Assembly: GCA_963702205.1 (NCBI GenBank)
Contig: OY969724.1
Location: 3,680,001 to 3,744,000, forward strand
Source: an uncultured candidate division Zixibacteria bacterium
GTDB taxonomy: Bacteria; Zixibacteria; MSB-5A5; GN15; PGXB01
Reading direction: 5' to 3'
Length of the DNA: 64,000 nt
Positions within the stretch are counted from its first letter, which is position 1, and every line of letters begins with the position of its first letter. The translations under genes were made by a program, and so were the position numbers. Under the pieces are notes generated by a model. That model did no database searches. It was not told where the DNA came from and worked only from the letters and a program-made list of their open reading frames with translations. This document shows, piece by piece, positions 30,151 through 40,474 of the stretch.

Positions 30151-33100
30151 ATGACGGCTGTTTAGAATTCAAGGTTGACTTTTCCAGCAACGCTTTAAAG
30201 TACGCTTTAATATGCTGTTCATACTCGGCCGGATAGTTCTCATTCATGAAATGCCGCAATCTGTCTTCGATATCCAGACCACCGTTCAACTGTGACCCGC
30301 TCAGCGCCGGGGGCGGCTGACGCAGCACGTCCTGCGCCGGAGTCGACTGGCGTTGGTCGGTGTAGTCTTTTCTTTGCAGCGTCCTGGTGGCGTCGAGCAT
30401 GCGCGACAATATCCGCAATTGTCTTTCCTGCGTTTCCGGACCGATCTCGCCTTTACTCAAAGCATCGGATACATCTTTCATCTCATTGGCGACGGCGTCG
30501 AGCCGCCCGAGCACTTCCTTGCTGTCGCCGAATTCATCGGCCAGTTGTTGAAGAGTCTTGCCGATGTTGCTCTGTTCCCCGGCCAGACGCCGAAGGGCAT
30601 CCTGATCGTTGCTCGCGTTCTTGCCCGGGTTATTGCACATCGACTGGGTCTGCTGATTGAGCTTTTGCTGTTTGTCGCACAGCGAATTCATAGCCATCGA
30701 CGGTTTATTGCACGCCGCACCGCCTTTATTGCACTGCTTTTGATTTTCCAGCGCGTCGAGCATTCGTACCGCCGCCCGGTTGAGCTCGGTCATGGCTTCT
30801 TTCTGGGCATTAACTCCCTGCGGTCGCCGCCGCTCCGAAAAATTATCAATGGCCAAATCCATATTGCCGAGTACCGATCTGACCACGTTGTCCATTTCGG
30901 CGGCGATAAACGGCGATTGTTTGCCGAGCGCCTCGAGTCTCTTCTGCAGGCCGGTGACCGATTCCTTGATAATCTGCTGCTGGGCCGCGTAATCGCGCAG
31001 GACTTCGGAATTGTTTAATACTTCATCGGCCCCTTTGATCAAACCTTCCTGCTTGTCGGACAAATAATCTATATCGTCGATAGCCTTGCGCATTTCTTCG
31101 GCCGCTTCCTGACCTCCGCCCTGACACATGCTCGACTGCCCCTGCTGAAGTTTATCCAGCAATGAAAGCAGTTTCGAACTGGCTTTCCTGCCTTCCTGCA
31201 CGGCGTCATTTTTCTTCTGCTGAGACAGGTTATCGGCCATGTTATTCATGTTCTGTCCGGCGTCGGTCTTTTCCACGGCGGTACAGAACTTATCGGCATT
31301 GGCGGCCTTGACATAGGCGAACTGGTCGAGCATCTCACGCATCTGGCGAGCCTGATCCTTGAGTGCGTCCATTTCACCGGACAGCTTTTTCTCGTCAGGG
31401 GCCATCTGCGGCAGATTTTTATCATTCGAGGAATCCGCATTGGAATTCATCTTGTCCTGCTTTTCCAGAAGCTCGCGGGCCATCTGTGTCATGGCGTTGA
31501 CTTTCTGCTCGATCTGCATCTTTTTCAGAAGCGCGATGGTTCGGTCCAGCCGCTGCATCATTTCTTTCTGGGACATCTCGAAATCCTTCATCGCCTGATC
31601 GAGCTGCTGCTTGTCCATGTTCTTGAGCGCCTCCATAAGCTCCAACTGGGACTTGCGCATTTCCGGCGTAGCCACTTCGTCGAACAGCTTCTTTATCTCG
31701 TTGAGCTTCTCCAGGACTTCGGTCGACGCCAGACGGTTTTTCTCCATGTCCTTGATGGCATCGTCCAGTTTCCTGGCCGTTTGCTTCAACTGGTCGGCGA
31801 TTTCGTCGTTGGACTTGGAGATTTCTTCCAGCTCCTTTTGCTGCTGCCAGTCCATTTTCTGGTTGCCCTGACTGCTCTGTTCTTCGAGATTGCGCGCGAC
31901 CTTTTTCAACCGTTCCGACAGCTCCTGATGGGCCTTGAGATAGCTCTCGGCGTCGTTTATGACCTGGCTCTGTTCGGCGTCGGTCTGCGCGATAATTTCT
32001 TCCAGCGAAGGCAGGCGGGCGATATAAGAACGGGTCGTGGTCACCTTCGGCCCGGATATTGCGTCGTTGTCCGCCAGCTCGAACTGGTAGATGACATAAT
32101 CCGACGGCTTCAGCCCGAGCGGTTCGACATCCCAGGAGAATTTGACGTCGCCTTCGGTTTTAATCTTGTCGGAAAAATGAAGGATGGCGACGTTTTCTTC
32201 GCCCATTTCCTTACCGGAAACGATTTTGTACTTAAGAACCAGCGATGTGAACCCGTAGTCATCGGATATATGCAGCGCGATCGGCACTTCCATTTCCTCA
32301 TCGAGATTGATGTCCCGGCCGGGGCTGACCACGTCGATCACCGGATACTCGTCGGGCACCGCCGTGACATAGTACTCGATCGGGTCGGGGTTAACTTCGT
32401 TCTGGTTGTCGAGCAAATGAATATGGTAACTTTTCGATTCATCTATTTTCAAGGATTGCTCGCCCGACTGACCGGTCAGGGCGAACGGAGTTTTGGAGGA
32501 ATCGTTGAAAACCATCTCAGCCTGCTGCAGCGGACGGTTGGTTTCGATCTGTATGGTGGCGCGACTGCCGTACACGGCCGTAATATTGCCATCGTTCTCG
32601 TCGATCACCTGCGGTTGCAGCCCGGTATACTTGGGATAAAAAACCGACAGCTTGATACCCGTCACGCGCGGACGGTCGACCACGTCGATGTGGGCCGTCT
32701 CCGTCGTCAGACGCCCCGACTTGACATAATAGTCAATCGAGCGGCGAACCTGTTTGAGAGTCGTGTAGAAAACCAGCGAATCTCCGGTGTCGATTTTGTG
32801 ACGAGGAAAATCTTTCAAATCCAGCGGCGCCTTCTGCCAGGTTCCCCCGGCGAACCGATAGTACACCACGGCGTCTTTGGGGAAGCTGTCTCCGGTCAGG
32901 ATACCGCCCAGGTCGACGTCGCGGTACTTGATCGCCATTTTCGTGCCCGGATATCCGGACAGCGTGTATCCCAGCGGAGGTGCGATAACTTCGCCCGGGT
33001 GCGAATAAACTTTGTATGAAAAACTGAACAGCCCGGGGAAAATAAACAACAGCGCCAACGCCAGGGCCGTCGCCACCGCCAGTGTCCGGGCGCTTTTCCA

Positions 33101-33553
33101 GATCGGATAAGCCGAAAGGATTTCGTTGAAATTGTTACCGGATGACCTGTCATACGCCTGCACCAGCGTTTCTTCCATCAATTCACCGGAATACCCGGCA
33201 TAATTATTTCGATCGGCATAGGAAAACTGCAGTGCGGCGATCAGGCGGCCTTTGAGATCGGGAAACTTCTTTTCGAGTTTGAGCGCGGTCGCTTCCTGCG
33301 AACCGGTCAGGATTTTCGAAAAGACCAGCTTCCAGAACGCCCACAAGCCCGCTCCGGCCGATAAAACCAGCAGCACGGCCTTGGACCAGACCGGCAGGAT
33401 TATTACCCCCGCCAAAAGTGACAGAACTATCGCGGCCAAGAGCACCACGGCCGCCGTCCCGGCCAGACCGCCCGCGAATAAAATCAGCCTCTCTTTGAAG
33501 AGAGCGTTTCCTATTTTCTTCCTGAGTGCAGCTATTTTGTTTTTATTATCCAT
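30137..33553 (-). CDS. DUF4175-like large membrane-anchored coiled-coil protein
   Basis: Three N-terminal TMs, ISDDYG and ADNDAISGPK Ig-like region, long coiled coil, YEQHIKAYFKAL end; follows DUF4159. Confidence 0.75.
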   Translation of the reverse strand: MDNKNKIAALRKKIGNALFKERLILFAGGLAGTAAVVLLAAIVLSLLAGVIILPVWSKAVLLVLSAGAGLWAFWKLVFSKILTGSQEATALKLEKKFPDLKGRLIAALQFSYADRNNYAGYSGELMEETLVQAYDRSSGNNFNEILSAYPIWKSARTLAVATALALALLFIFPGLFSFSYKVYSHPGEVIAPPLGYTLSGYPGTKMAIKYRDVDLGGILTGDSFPKDAVVYYRFAGGTWQKAPLDLKDFPRHKIDTGDSLVFYTTLKQVRRSIDYYVKSGRLTTETAHIDVVDRPRVTGIKLSVFYPKYTGLQPQVIDENDGNITAVYGSRATIQIETNRPLQQAEMVFNDSSKTPFALTGQSGEQSLKIDESKSYHIHLLDNQNEVNPDPIEYYVTAVPDEYPVIDVVSPGRDINLDEEMEVPIALHISDDYGFTSLVLKYKIVSGKEMGEENVAILHFSDKIKTEGDVKFSWDVEPLGLKPSDYVIYQFELADNDAISGPKVTTTRSYIARLPSLEEIIAQTDAEQSQVINDAESYLKAHQELSERLKKVARNLEEQSSQGNQKMDWQQQKELEEISKSNDEIADQLKQTARKLDDAIKDMEKNRLASTEVLEKLNEIKKLFDEVATPEMRKSQLELMEALKNMDKQQLDQAMKDFEMSQKEMMQRLDRTIALLKKMQIEQKVNAMTQMARELLEKQDKMNSNADSSNDKNLPQMAPDEKKLSGEMDALKDQARQMREMLDQFAYVKAANADKFCTAVEKTDAGQNMNNMADNLSQQKKNDAVQEGRKASSKLLSLLDKLQQGQSSMCQGGGQEAAEEMRKAIDDIDYLSDKQEGLIKGADEVLNNSEVLRDYAAQQQIIKESVTGLQKRLEALGKQSPFIAAEMDNVVRSVLGNMDLAIDNFSERRRPQGVNAQKEAMTELNRAAVRMLDALENQKQCNKGGAACNKPSMAMNSLCDKQQKLNQQTQSMCNNPGKNASNDQDALRRLAGEQSNIGKTLQQLADEFGDSKEVLGRLDAVANEMKDVSDALSKGEIGPETQERQLRILSRMLDATRTLQRKDYTDQRQSTPAQDVLRQPPPALSGSQLNGGLDIEDRLRHFMNENYPAEYEQHIKAYFKALLEKSTLNSKQPSYDKE

Positions 33554-33572
33554 GTTGCACCACCCTGCAGAT

Positions 33573-34298
33573 TTAATGTGTCATAGCATAAACAAGGAGA
33601 TTCATCCCCATCCGGAGCGCCTTGAGACGTTTTTCCGGCGGGTCATTGTGTACTTGCGGGTCCTCCCAGCCGTCGCCGACGTCCGCCTCATAATCATAGA
33701 ACAGCACGACTCGCCCGTCGATTATGATCGCCCGCCCCTGCGGCGGTTTGCCGTCGTGCTCATGTATTTTCGGAGGCCCGGACGGAAAGTCGAAATAACA
33801 ATGGTACAGCTCGTTGTCGAACGGAAGCTCCACGAACTCGCGTTCGGGAAACAGGTGACGGACTTCCTCGCGCACCGACTTGTCCATACCATAGGAATCG
33901 TTGATGAATAAAAAGCCGCCGTGATTGAGGTACGAGCGCATCCGCTCACGCTCTTCATCGGTGAATTTCAAAACCCCGTGCCCGGTCGCGAACAGGAAGG
34001 GATGTTGGAACAGATCATCATCCATGACCTGCACCGATTTCTCTTCCATATTAACCGGGAAATTGCTGTTATCTTTTATGAATTTCAGCATGTTGGGAAT
34101 TGCCGATGAGCCCCAGTACCAGTCGCCCCCGCCGCCATAGTGCAGACGGGTGATCGATACCGCCGACGGATTCACTTTCTCCGTTTTGGGTAAAGCCAGA
34201 CCGCGCTGGGCCAGAATATCCTCAAGACTTTGCTGGGCTCCCACGGTCGCGAATAAAGACAAGAGCAGTATTACGGCGAGCAGGCTAACTTTTGGCAT
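33573..34298 (-). CDS. DUF4159 domain protein
   Basis: LHYGGGGDWY, PFLFATGHG, GPPKIHEHDGKPPQ, DVGDGWED. Confidence 0.88.
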   Translation of the reverse strand: MPKVSLLAVILLLSLFATVGAQQSLEDILAQRGLALPKTEKVNPSAVSITRLHYGGGGDWYWGSSAIPNMLKFIKDNSNFPVNMEEKSVQVMDDDLFQHPFLFATGHGVLKFTDEERERMRSYLNHGGFLFINDSYGMDKSVREEVRHLFPEREFVELPFDNELYHCYFDFPSGPPKIHEHDGKPPQGRAIIIDGRVVLFYDYEADVGDGWEDPQVHNDPPEKRLKALRMGMNLLVYAMTH

Positions 34299-34413
34299 AA
34301 CAATTCCTTGCGTGTACATAGTATATACTCCTGAAATCGACATTTTGGCGAAAAAAAACGAGCCGAACTTCTAAAATCATTGAAATATGGCCCAAAAATG
34401 ACTTCCCTTGCGT

Positions 34414-34508
34414 GTCAGTCCTTGACAACTGACGTAAAATCCATATTTTATATCTATCAAGAGAGGTGATCCATTCATGGATCAAGTTATATCTATTGGC
34501 TGATCCAT
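34414..34508 (+). promoter_or_regulatory. Promoter with operator-like inverted repeat, very long SD and 8-codon uORF (MDQVISIG)
   Basis: GTCAGT-cc-TTGACA-ACTGAC; TATTTT at 34444; GAGGTGATCCA 34463-34473; ATG 34477, TGA 34501. Confidence 0.45.
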
Positions 34509-34804
34509 CAGGGGTTTGAGCACAACCCGGCTGCACTTACTGGTTTTGACGTCCTGTTGGGAGGATTTGAGATTCCGTGCAGGTTACGGCTGCCTAAGTG
34601 TTTATCCTGCATCTGGATGGATATGTGTGATTGGTGCGCATATGGGCTGGCTTAATGCTTTTATGCCCTTGATTTTCTCCCCCCTCTGTCGATAATATTT
34701 TATATCTGGGTGGTGAGCACTCGCCCGGTCAAAAAATTAATTGAAGCACCGTTGTTTTCACTCGTAATTGTTAATCGTTCCAACCCCCGAAACGAGGTGG
34801 CCGA

Positions 34805-35179
34805 ATGGACAACAAGCGCAAGCTTGAAAGAAAACGGACCGGAGTCTATGTGGCGGTGTTCGACGTGCGCACGAATGCCAGTCTGGGATGCCTGGTCGAC
34901 ATCACGACCGCCGGACTCAGGCTGATGAGCACCAAAGCGATGCCGACCGATCGGCTGTATTCCATGCGTCTCGAAATTCCCGCTCCGATCTCCGGCTCGA
35001 AACTTATCGTGCTCGAAGCCAAAAGCGTCTGGTGTCGTAAGAACAAAGAAACCAGCCTCTTCGACGTCGGCTTCATTATCAAAGCATTATCCGAAGACAA
35101 CCTCCACCGACTCGAACTCTGGATAGAGCATCCGTCGTTTATAAAATCGGAAAGCCCGGTCGAAGAATCTCAGGGATGA
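34805..35179 (+). CDS. PilZ domain protein
   Basis: RKLER (RxxxR) and DITTAG (DxTxxG); RBS GAGGTG. Confidence 0.85.
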   Translation: MDNKRKLERKRTGVYVAVFDVRTNASLGCLVDITTAGLRLMSTKAMPTDRLYSMRLEIPAPISGSKLIVLEAKSVWCRKNKETSLFDVGFIIKALSEDNLHRLELWIEHPSFIKSESPVEESQG

Positions 35180-35199
35180 AATAGACAAAGGACGGACCC

Positions 35200-35234
35200 A
35201 AAGGCGGCAGGTCGCAGGCCCTGCCGCCTTTTTT
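35200..35234 (+). terminator. Intrinsic terminator after the PilZ gene
   Basis: AAGGCGGCAGG/CCTGCCGCCTT stem plus U-tract. Confidence 0.8.
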
Positions 35235-35352
35235 ATAGTCTTATTTCATTACCTCCTATGGTTTGACGATCCCAACCTCCCAATATCCGCCTTGCCCCCG
35301 ATATTTTTTCGATTATATTGAAATATCATATTTTCTATTTTGGAGGGCGGTC

Positions 35353-35691
35353 ATGAAACATTCGTATAGAACCGTAGGCAATGTCGCCGTGGTAGAACTC
35401 AACGGCAAACTTATGGGCGAATCGGACGATCTGAAACTGATCGACATGTTCGACAAGCTCATCGCCGAAAATTATTTAAACATCGTCATGGACTTTTCCG
35501 GGGTCGAATGGACCAATTCGCGCGGGGTGGGCATCTGTCTGACCGGCCGCGACGCCTGCAAACAGCACGGCGGGGAGCTGATTATCGCGGGCGCCCGGGA
35601 TAAGGTCCTCAAGATTTTCGATGTCACCAACATGCGCCAGATATTCGAATATTATGATTCGGTTGACGCAGCCATTTCCAGCTTTGAGTGA
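35353..35691 (+). CDS. STAS anti-sigma factor antagonist
   Basis: IVMDFSGVEWTNSRGVG, KVLKIFDVT; RBS GGAGG. Confidence 0.85.
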   Translation: MKHSYRTVGNVAVVELNGKLMGESDDLKLIDMFDKLIAENYLNIVMDFSGVEWTNSRGVGICLTGRDACKQHGGELIIAGARDKVLKIFDVTNMRQIFEYYDSVDAAISSFE

Positions 35692-35712
35692 GGGATAATC
35701 AGGGGGTATATT

Positions 35713-36294
35713 TTGAGTACGAACACACAAAGGCTTTTGTCTTTCATATTAATCATCTTTGCGGCTATATCCATAACAAGCTGCTTCGGCCCGTTTTATA
35801 CTCAATTAGCCACATATTATGTTCAAAAGAACAAACAAGATTGGAATGTAAAGTTTGAAGGATATAATTTAAGTCTCCACGTTGTTTCTGTCGAAAGCAA
35901 TAATATAAAAGGCATCAATGATTTTTCGTTTCTAATAAGAGCGAAGTCGATAATTGAATACGGAAACGCCCCACAGCTGGACACAATACAAGCATTAAAA
36001 ATGGAACCAATTTGTGTATCCTTTTTCACTGACGACACTTCTTATTGTTTAGAAAACAAGACAAATTGGAAATATGAAATATCTTTCTTTGATAAGAAAA
36101 TCCAACAAGTACCTAAATGGGGTGCTTATTATGAAGGCCCTTCAATGATCAATTATAAAAAGAATGATAGCATATTGGTTACATTTAAGGCCATACTATA
36201 TTCGGATAGACAATATTCAAATATTATTAGTGAAAAGGAGTTTTCGAGCGTCTTGTATCGAAAATATAAAAAGACAATACCCTTGAGTGATTGA
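35713..36294 (+). CDS. Hypothetical lipoprotein (paralog 1)
   Basis: TTG start, lipobox-like ITSC-FGPFYT; AT-rich. Confidence 0.7.
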   Translation: MSTNTQRLLSFILIIFAAISITSCFGPFYTQLATYYVQKNKQDWNVKFEGYNLSLHVVSVESNNIKGINDFSFLIRAKSIIEYGNAPQLDTIQALKMEPICVSFFTDDTSYCLENKTNWKYEISFFDKKIQQVPKWGAYYEGPSMINYKKNDSILVTFKAILYSDRQYSNIISEKEFSSVLYRKYKKTIPLSD

Positions 36295-36338
36295 GTTTCG
36301 TAGGGTTATAACCATAAATAAAGGTTTGGAGTGACACA

Positions 36339-36917
36339 TTGTCCGCAATAGCAAAAAGAGTCTTATTTCTGACAGTAGCGGCATTAATGGCTGTATCCAT
36401 ATCAAGCTGTTTCGGCCCGTTTTATACGACATTGGCAACGTATTTTAAGACTGAGCGGAATAAAGATTATAATGTAGAGTTTGTTGATTATAAAATTAAT
36501 GTTATAGTAGCAGCTATAGAGAGGGACAATCGCGAGCCACTTGAGAACTTCGGAATCTCTCTGAGGGCTAAATCAAATCATAAATATGATATAAAAAAGT
36601 CGAAATCAATTGATACAGTAAACGCCATCAGAATTGAGCATTTGTGTATCTATACATTTTCCAATGATAGCACACAATGTCCCGGATTATTCAAGGACAC
36701 TTTATATTCGATTTTTCTGGAATCAAATCACATAATTCAAAAACCAAGGTGGGGCGGTTTTAATCCGGTATTCATCCCCGTGGATAATGATAGCATTAAA
36801 ATATCTTTTACGGCAATCATGTATGATGACAACACATACAGCAAGATACTGGACAAAAAGGAGTTTTCGAGCGTCTTATATCGCAAGTATAGAAAAGCAA
36901 TACCCTTAACCCGATGA
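36339..36917 (+). CDS. Hypothetical lipoprotein (paralog 2)
   Basis: TTG start after GGAG, ISSC-FGPFYT, shared C-terminus KEFSSVLYRKY. Confidence 0.7.
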   Translation: MSAIAKRVLFLTVAALMAVSISSCFGPFYTTLATYFKTERNKDYNVEFVDYKINVIVAAIERDNREPLENFGISLRAKSNHKYDIKKSKSIDTVNAIRIEHLCIYTFSNDSTQCPGLFKDTLYSIFLESNHIIQKPRWGGFNPVFIPVDNDSIKISFTAIMYDDNTYSKILDKKEFSSVLYRKYRKAIPLTR

Positions 36918-37107
36918 GTTTCGACTGTATCCCATGGGCGGCAGACGCCCTCGCCTGCTACGAACTAAATTGACTTTGCCCACAGCAAGCTGGGGGCGAC
37001 CCGGCCTCACAACGGCAACCCGAATCTTTCCTGAATTAAAACGCGGGCTTCGATTGAGAAGTATATGACACTTGATTGAATCTATTCCGCGCTGTAAATT
37101 GTGACAA

Positions 37108-37344
37108 ATGAAAACTTTTTTCGCGAAAATCTGGTCGGGGTGGAAAATCTTCGCGCGCGGCTTCGCCCGCGTCCAACTCGAAATCATCCTGTTCGTCTTC
37201 TATTTTCTGATCTACACCCCGTTCGGACTGATAATGAAACTGTTCGGGTTCGACCCGCTTCGCACCCGGCTGAAATCCGAAACCAACTGGCAGGACGCCG
37301 ACATCGGGCGCTTCGACAAAGAGCACGCCCGCCATCAGAGCTGA
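37108..37344 (+). CDS. SxtJ-like small membrane protein
   Basis: ILFVFYFLIYTPFGLIMKLFGFDPLR motif; precedes the carbamoyltransferase. Confidence 0.7.
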   Translation: MKTFFAKIWSGWKIFARGFARVQLEIILFVFYFLIYTPFGLIMKLFGFDPLRTRLKSETNWQDADIGRFDKEHARHQS

Positions 37345-37348
37345 TACT

Positions 37349-39089
37349 ATGAATATCCTCGGTATATCCTGCTTCTACCACGATTCGGCCGCGGCGCTTG
37401 TGACCGACGGCGTCCCGGTTGCCGCCGCACAGGAAGAGCGCTTCACCGGCCACAAGCACGACGCCGACTTCCCGGTCAACGCCATAAATTTCTGTCTGGA
37501 AAAATCCGGCCTCACGACGGATGATATTGACGCCGTCTTCTTTTACGACAAACCGTTTCTCAAATTCGACCGCATTTTAAACGGGTATCTTCAGACCGTC
37601 CCGATGTCGTACCGCGCTTTCCGCACCGCCGTCCCGGTCTGGCTTAGACAAAAACTTTGGACACCGCATATAATCAGATCGAAACTGAACTATCACGGCG
37701 ATATATATTTCATCGAGCACCACCTTTCCCACGCCGCCGGGTCGTACTATTCGTCTCCGTTCGACAAGGCCGCACTCTTGACCATCGACGGCGTCGGCGA
37801 ATGGGCGACCGCGTCGATCGGCCGGGCCGACGACAACGATATAAATATTATCAAGACCATGAACTACCCGCATTCGGTGGGACTGCTTTATTCGGCGTTT
37901 ACGTACTTTCTGGGATTCCGGGTCAATTCCTCAGAGTACAAAGTCATGGGTCTGGCACCGTACGGCCGACCCGTACACGCCGACCTGATCGAAAAGGAAA
38001 TCGTGAAAATATTCGACGACGGCTCAATACACTTGAACTTGAAATACTTCGAATTCCACCGGGGCCTGACGATGACCTCAAGACGGTTTGAAAGGCTGTT
38101 CGGGCGTCCGCGCCGCGAGGCGGGACAGGAAATCACCCAGTCAGACAAAGACGTCGCCGCTTCGATCCAGGCCGTCACTGAAAAAATAATTTTCGCCATG
38201 GCGCGGCACACCAAAGAGGTCACCGGGTTGGACAATCTCTGTATGGCCGGAGGCGTGGCCTTAAATTGCACCGCAGTCGGGAAACTGCTCAAAAGCGGCC
38301 TGTTCGAGCGGATTCACATCCAACCGGCTTCGTCGGACAGCGGCGGGGCGGTCGGAGCGGCGCTGTACGGCCACTATGCACTATCCGACCAGACCAAGAA
38401 AATTAATGCCGAACCATCGCCGCCGGGGCCGTCGGTACTCGGCTGGTCAGGTCGAGGAGTTCCTGAATCAAAACAACATGCCTAATAAAAAATACGCCCG
38501 GCCCGATCTGGCCCGCGAAGTCGCACGCCAGATAGCCGACGGCAAAATAGTCGCCCTATTTCACGGCCCGATGGAGTTCGGTCCCCGGGCGCTCGGTTTC
38601 AGGTCTATTCTGGCCGATCCGCGCGATCCCGACACCAAGCGCCGCCTCAACGAAGCGGTCAAATTCCGGGAGCCATTCCGGCCCTTCGCGCCAGTAGTAT
38701 TGGAGTCCCGCGCTTCGGAGTATTTCGACTGCGACCGGCCGTCGCCTTACATGCTGTTCAACTTCACCGTCCGCGAAGACAAACGGTCACAAATCCCAGC
38801 CGTTACGCACGCCGACAATACCGCCCGCATCCAAACCGTAAACGAAAAAAACAACGCGCTTTTGTTCGACGTCCTCACCGAATTCGACCGCCTGACCGGC
38901 GTCCCGGTGCTTCTGAATACGTCGTTCAATCTTCGCGGCTGGCCGATTGTCCGCACACCCGCGGCGGCTTTCAGCACGTTTATTTCATCGGGGATCGACG
39001 CTCTGGCCATGGAAGATTGTATTCTTGATAAAGCTGCAATAATCCCGGACGACTTTGAATCGTATAAAATCCGAAGCCGCTCCGATTGA
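37349..39089 (+). CDS. Carbamoyltransferase (NodU/CmcH family), frameshifted near 38434
   Basis: ILGISCFYHDSAAAL, AQEERF, EHHLSHAA, EYKVMGLAPYG, AGGVALNC; C-domain EFGPRALG, KFREPFRPFAP, LLNTSFN in the next frame. Confidence 0.9.
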
Positions 39090-39120
39090 CAAAGCGGCCC
39101 TTGAAGTGTAATTTGATTAA

Positions 39121-39318
39121 ATGCCCGGCAGGAAAAATATGAGCAGATGGCAATCGATAAAAGACCGCTTCGGCATCCTCGGCGAGTTCTGGTATTTCCT
39201 GAAGACGTCCCGCCGCTGGTGGCTGACTCCGATCGTACTGTTCCTGATATTTTTATCACTGCTGGTCGTCCTGACCGAATCCAGCGCGCTAGCCCCATTC
39301 ATATATTCGCTGTTTTAA
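39121..39318 (+). CDS. DUF5989/SxtK-like small membrane protein
   Basis: EFWYFLK...WWLTPIV...SALAPFIYSLF; alternative start 39139. Confidence 0.85.
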   Translation: MPGRKNMSRWQSIKDRFGILGEFWYFLKTSRRWWLTPIVLFLIFLSLLVVLTESSALAPFIYSLF

Positions 39319-39322
39319 TCCG

Positions 39323-40474
39323 ATGAAAAGTAACTCCTCCAAAAAAAGAAAACTCAAAAGCTGGCAAAAGATTTTAATTTTGATTCTGGCCATACCGGTT
39401 TTTCTGGCGTTCAGTGAAATCATTTTGAGAATAGTCCCGGTAAGTACATTTTTCGAAAACCGCTTTTTCCTCGTCAACCGGGCGCTCGACTACCCGGAGG
39501 TTTTCAAAAAGGACCGGCGTCTTCTCTGGCGGTTTCGTCCCTCGCAGGAAATTACATCGAAGTTTTTCGAGGGCAAAACCTATCGCATCAACTCGCTCGG
39601 TCTGCGCGGTGATGAAATACCGCCCAAATCGGACAAACTGCGTATCCTGCTTCTCGGCAATTCATGTACATTCGGCTGGGGTATGAGCGACAGTGCCACC
39701 TACGCTTATCAGCTGCAAAAGCTGATGAACGCCGATTCCACCATGCCGCCAGTCGAGATCATAAACGCCGGCATTCCGGGCTACAGTTCTTTTCAGGGAC
39801 GGCGATTCTATACTGAGGACTTGTACAAATTGCACCCCGATATAATCATGATGATGTTCGGCTGGAACGATCAATGGGCCGCGGCGGGTAATATACAGGA
39901 CAAGGATCAGAAATTCCCGCCCGACTGGATTCTCGCTTTGCAAAATACATTTTCGCGGCTCAGATTGTACGGTCTTCTGAGGCGCATCATTCTCGGAAGC
40001 ACCGAAGCCCCTCTCAAAGACAAGCTGTCGCTGAGCGACCAGCCGCAGTATCGGGTTTCTTTCGAGGATTTCCTGGCCAACGAGAAAACAATGGCGGTTT
40101 TCGCCCGACGCAACGGCACCGGCACGATTATTCTGACTTCACCGATACCGTCGCTGGAGCAGTACTATCCGCCCGGAAGTAAATCGTCGATGCACCGCTA
40201 TCACGAGTTTTACAACATGATGGCTCGTCAGGCGGCCCGCAATACCGGTTCGGCCCTGATCGATCTCGACGTCGCTTTTCTGTCAAGAGACAGTGTGTTC
40301 GACGATGCCCAGCGCGACCCGATTCATTTCAATGCGAGAGGACATCGGGCGGTCGCCGAGATTATTTATAAATATCTCAAAGACAACCCACAATATCTGG
40401 TGCCGCCGCAACCGCAAGTACCGTTTGTCGCACCCTGGGATACCAAAGAGCGCCGAAAAATAAAAATCTACTGA
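39323..40474 (+). CDS. Membrane-anchored SGNH/GDSL hydrolase
   Basis: INSLGLR, LGNSCTFGWG, INAGIPGYSS, GWND, DPIHFNARGH. Confidence 0.85.
   Translation: MKSNSSKKRKLKSWQKILILILAIPVFLAFSEIILRIVPVSTFFENRFFLVNRALDYPEVFKKDRRLLWRFRPSQEITSKFFEGKTYRINSLGLRGDEIPPKSDKLRILLLGNSCTFGWGMSDSATYAYQLQKLMNADSTMPPVEIINAGIPGYSSFQGRRFYTEDLYKLHPDIIMMMFGWNDQWAAAGNIQDKDQKFPPDWILALQNTFSRLRLYGLLRRIILGSTEAPLKDKLSLSDQPQYRVSFEDFLANEKTMAVFARRNGTGTIILTSPIPSLEQYYPPGSKSSMHRYHEFYNMMARQAARNTGSALIDLDVAFLSRDSVFDDAQRDPIHFNARGHRAVAEIIYKYLKDNPQYLVPPQPQVPFVAPWDTKERRKIKIY

Noticed and set aside
34477..34695. Sec readthrough of MDQVISIG-TGA to a 72-aa protein
   Set aside because: No GGUC-loop hairpin like the two at 58631 and 58915, no recognisable redox motif around the UGA, no recognisable product
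37108..40474. Saxitoxin biosynthesis
   Set aside because: Core sxt genes (sxtA, sxtG, sxtB etc.) are not in the window; only the carbamoylation-type cassette is present
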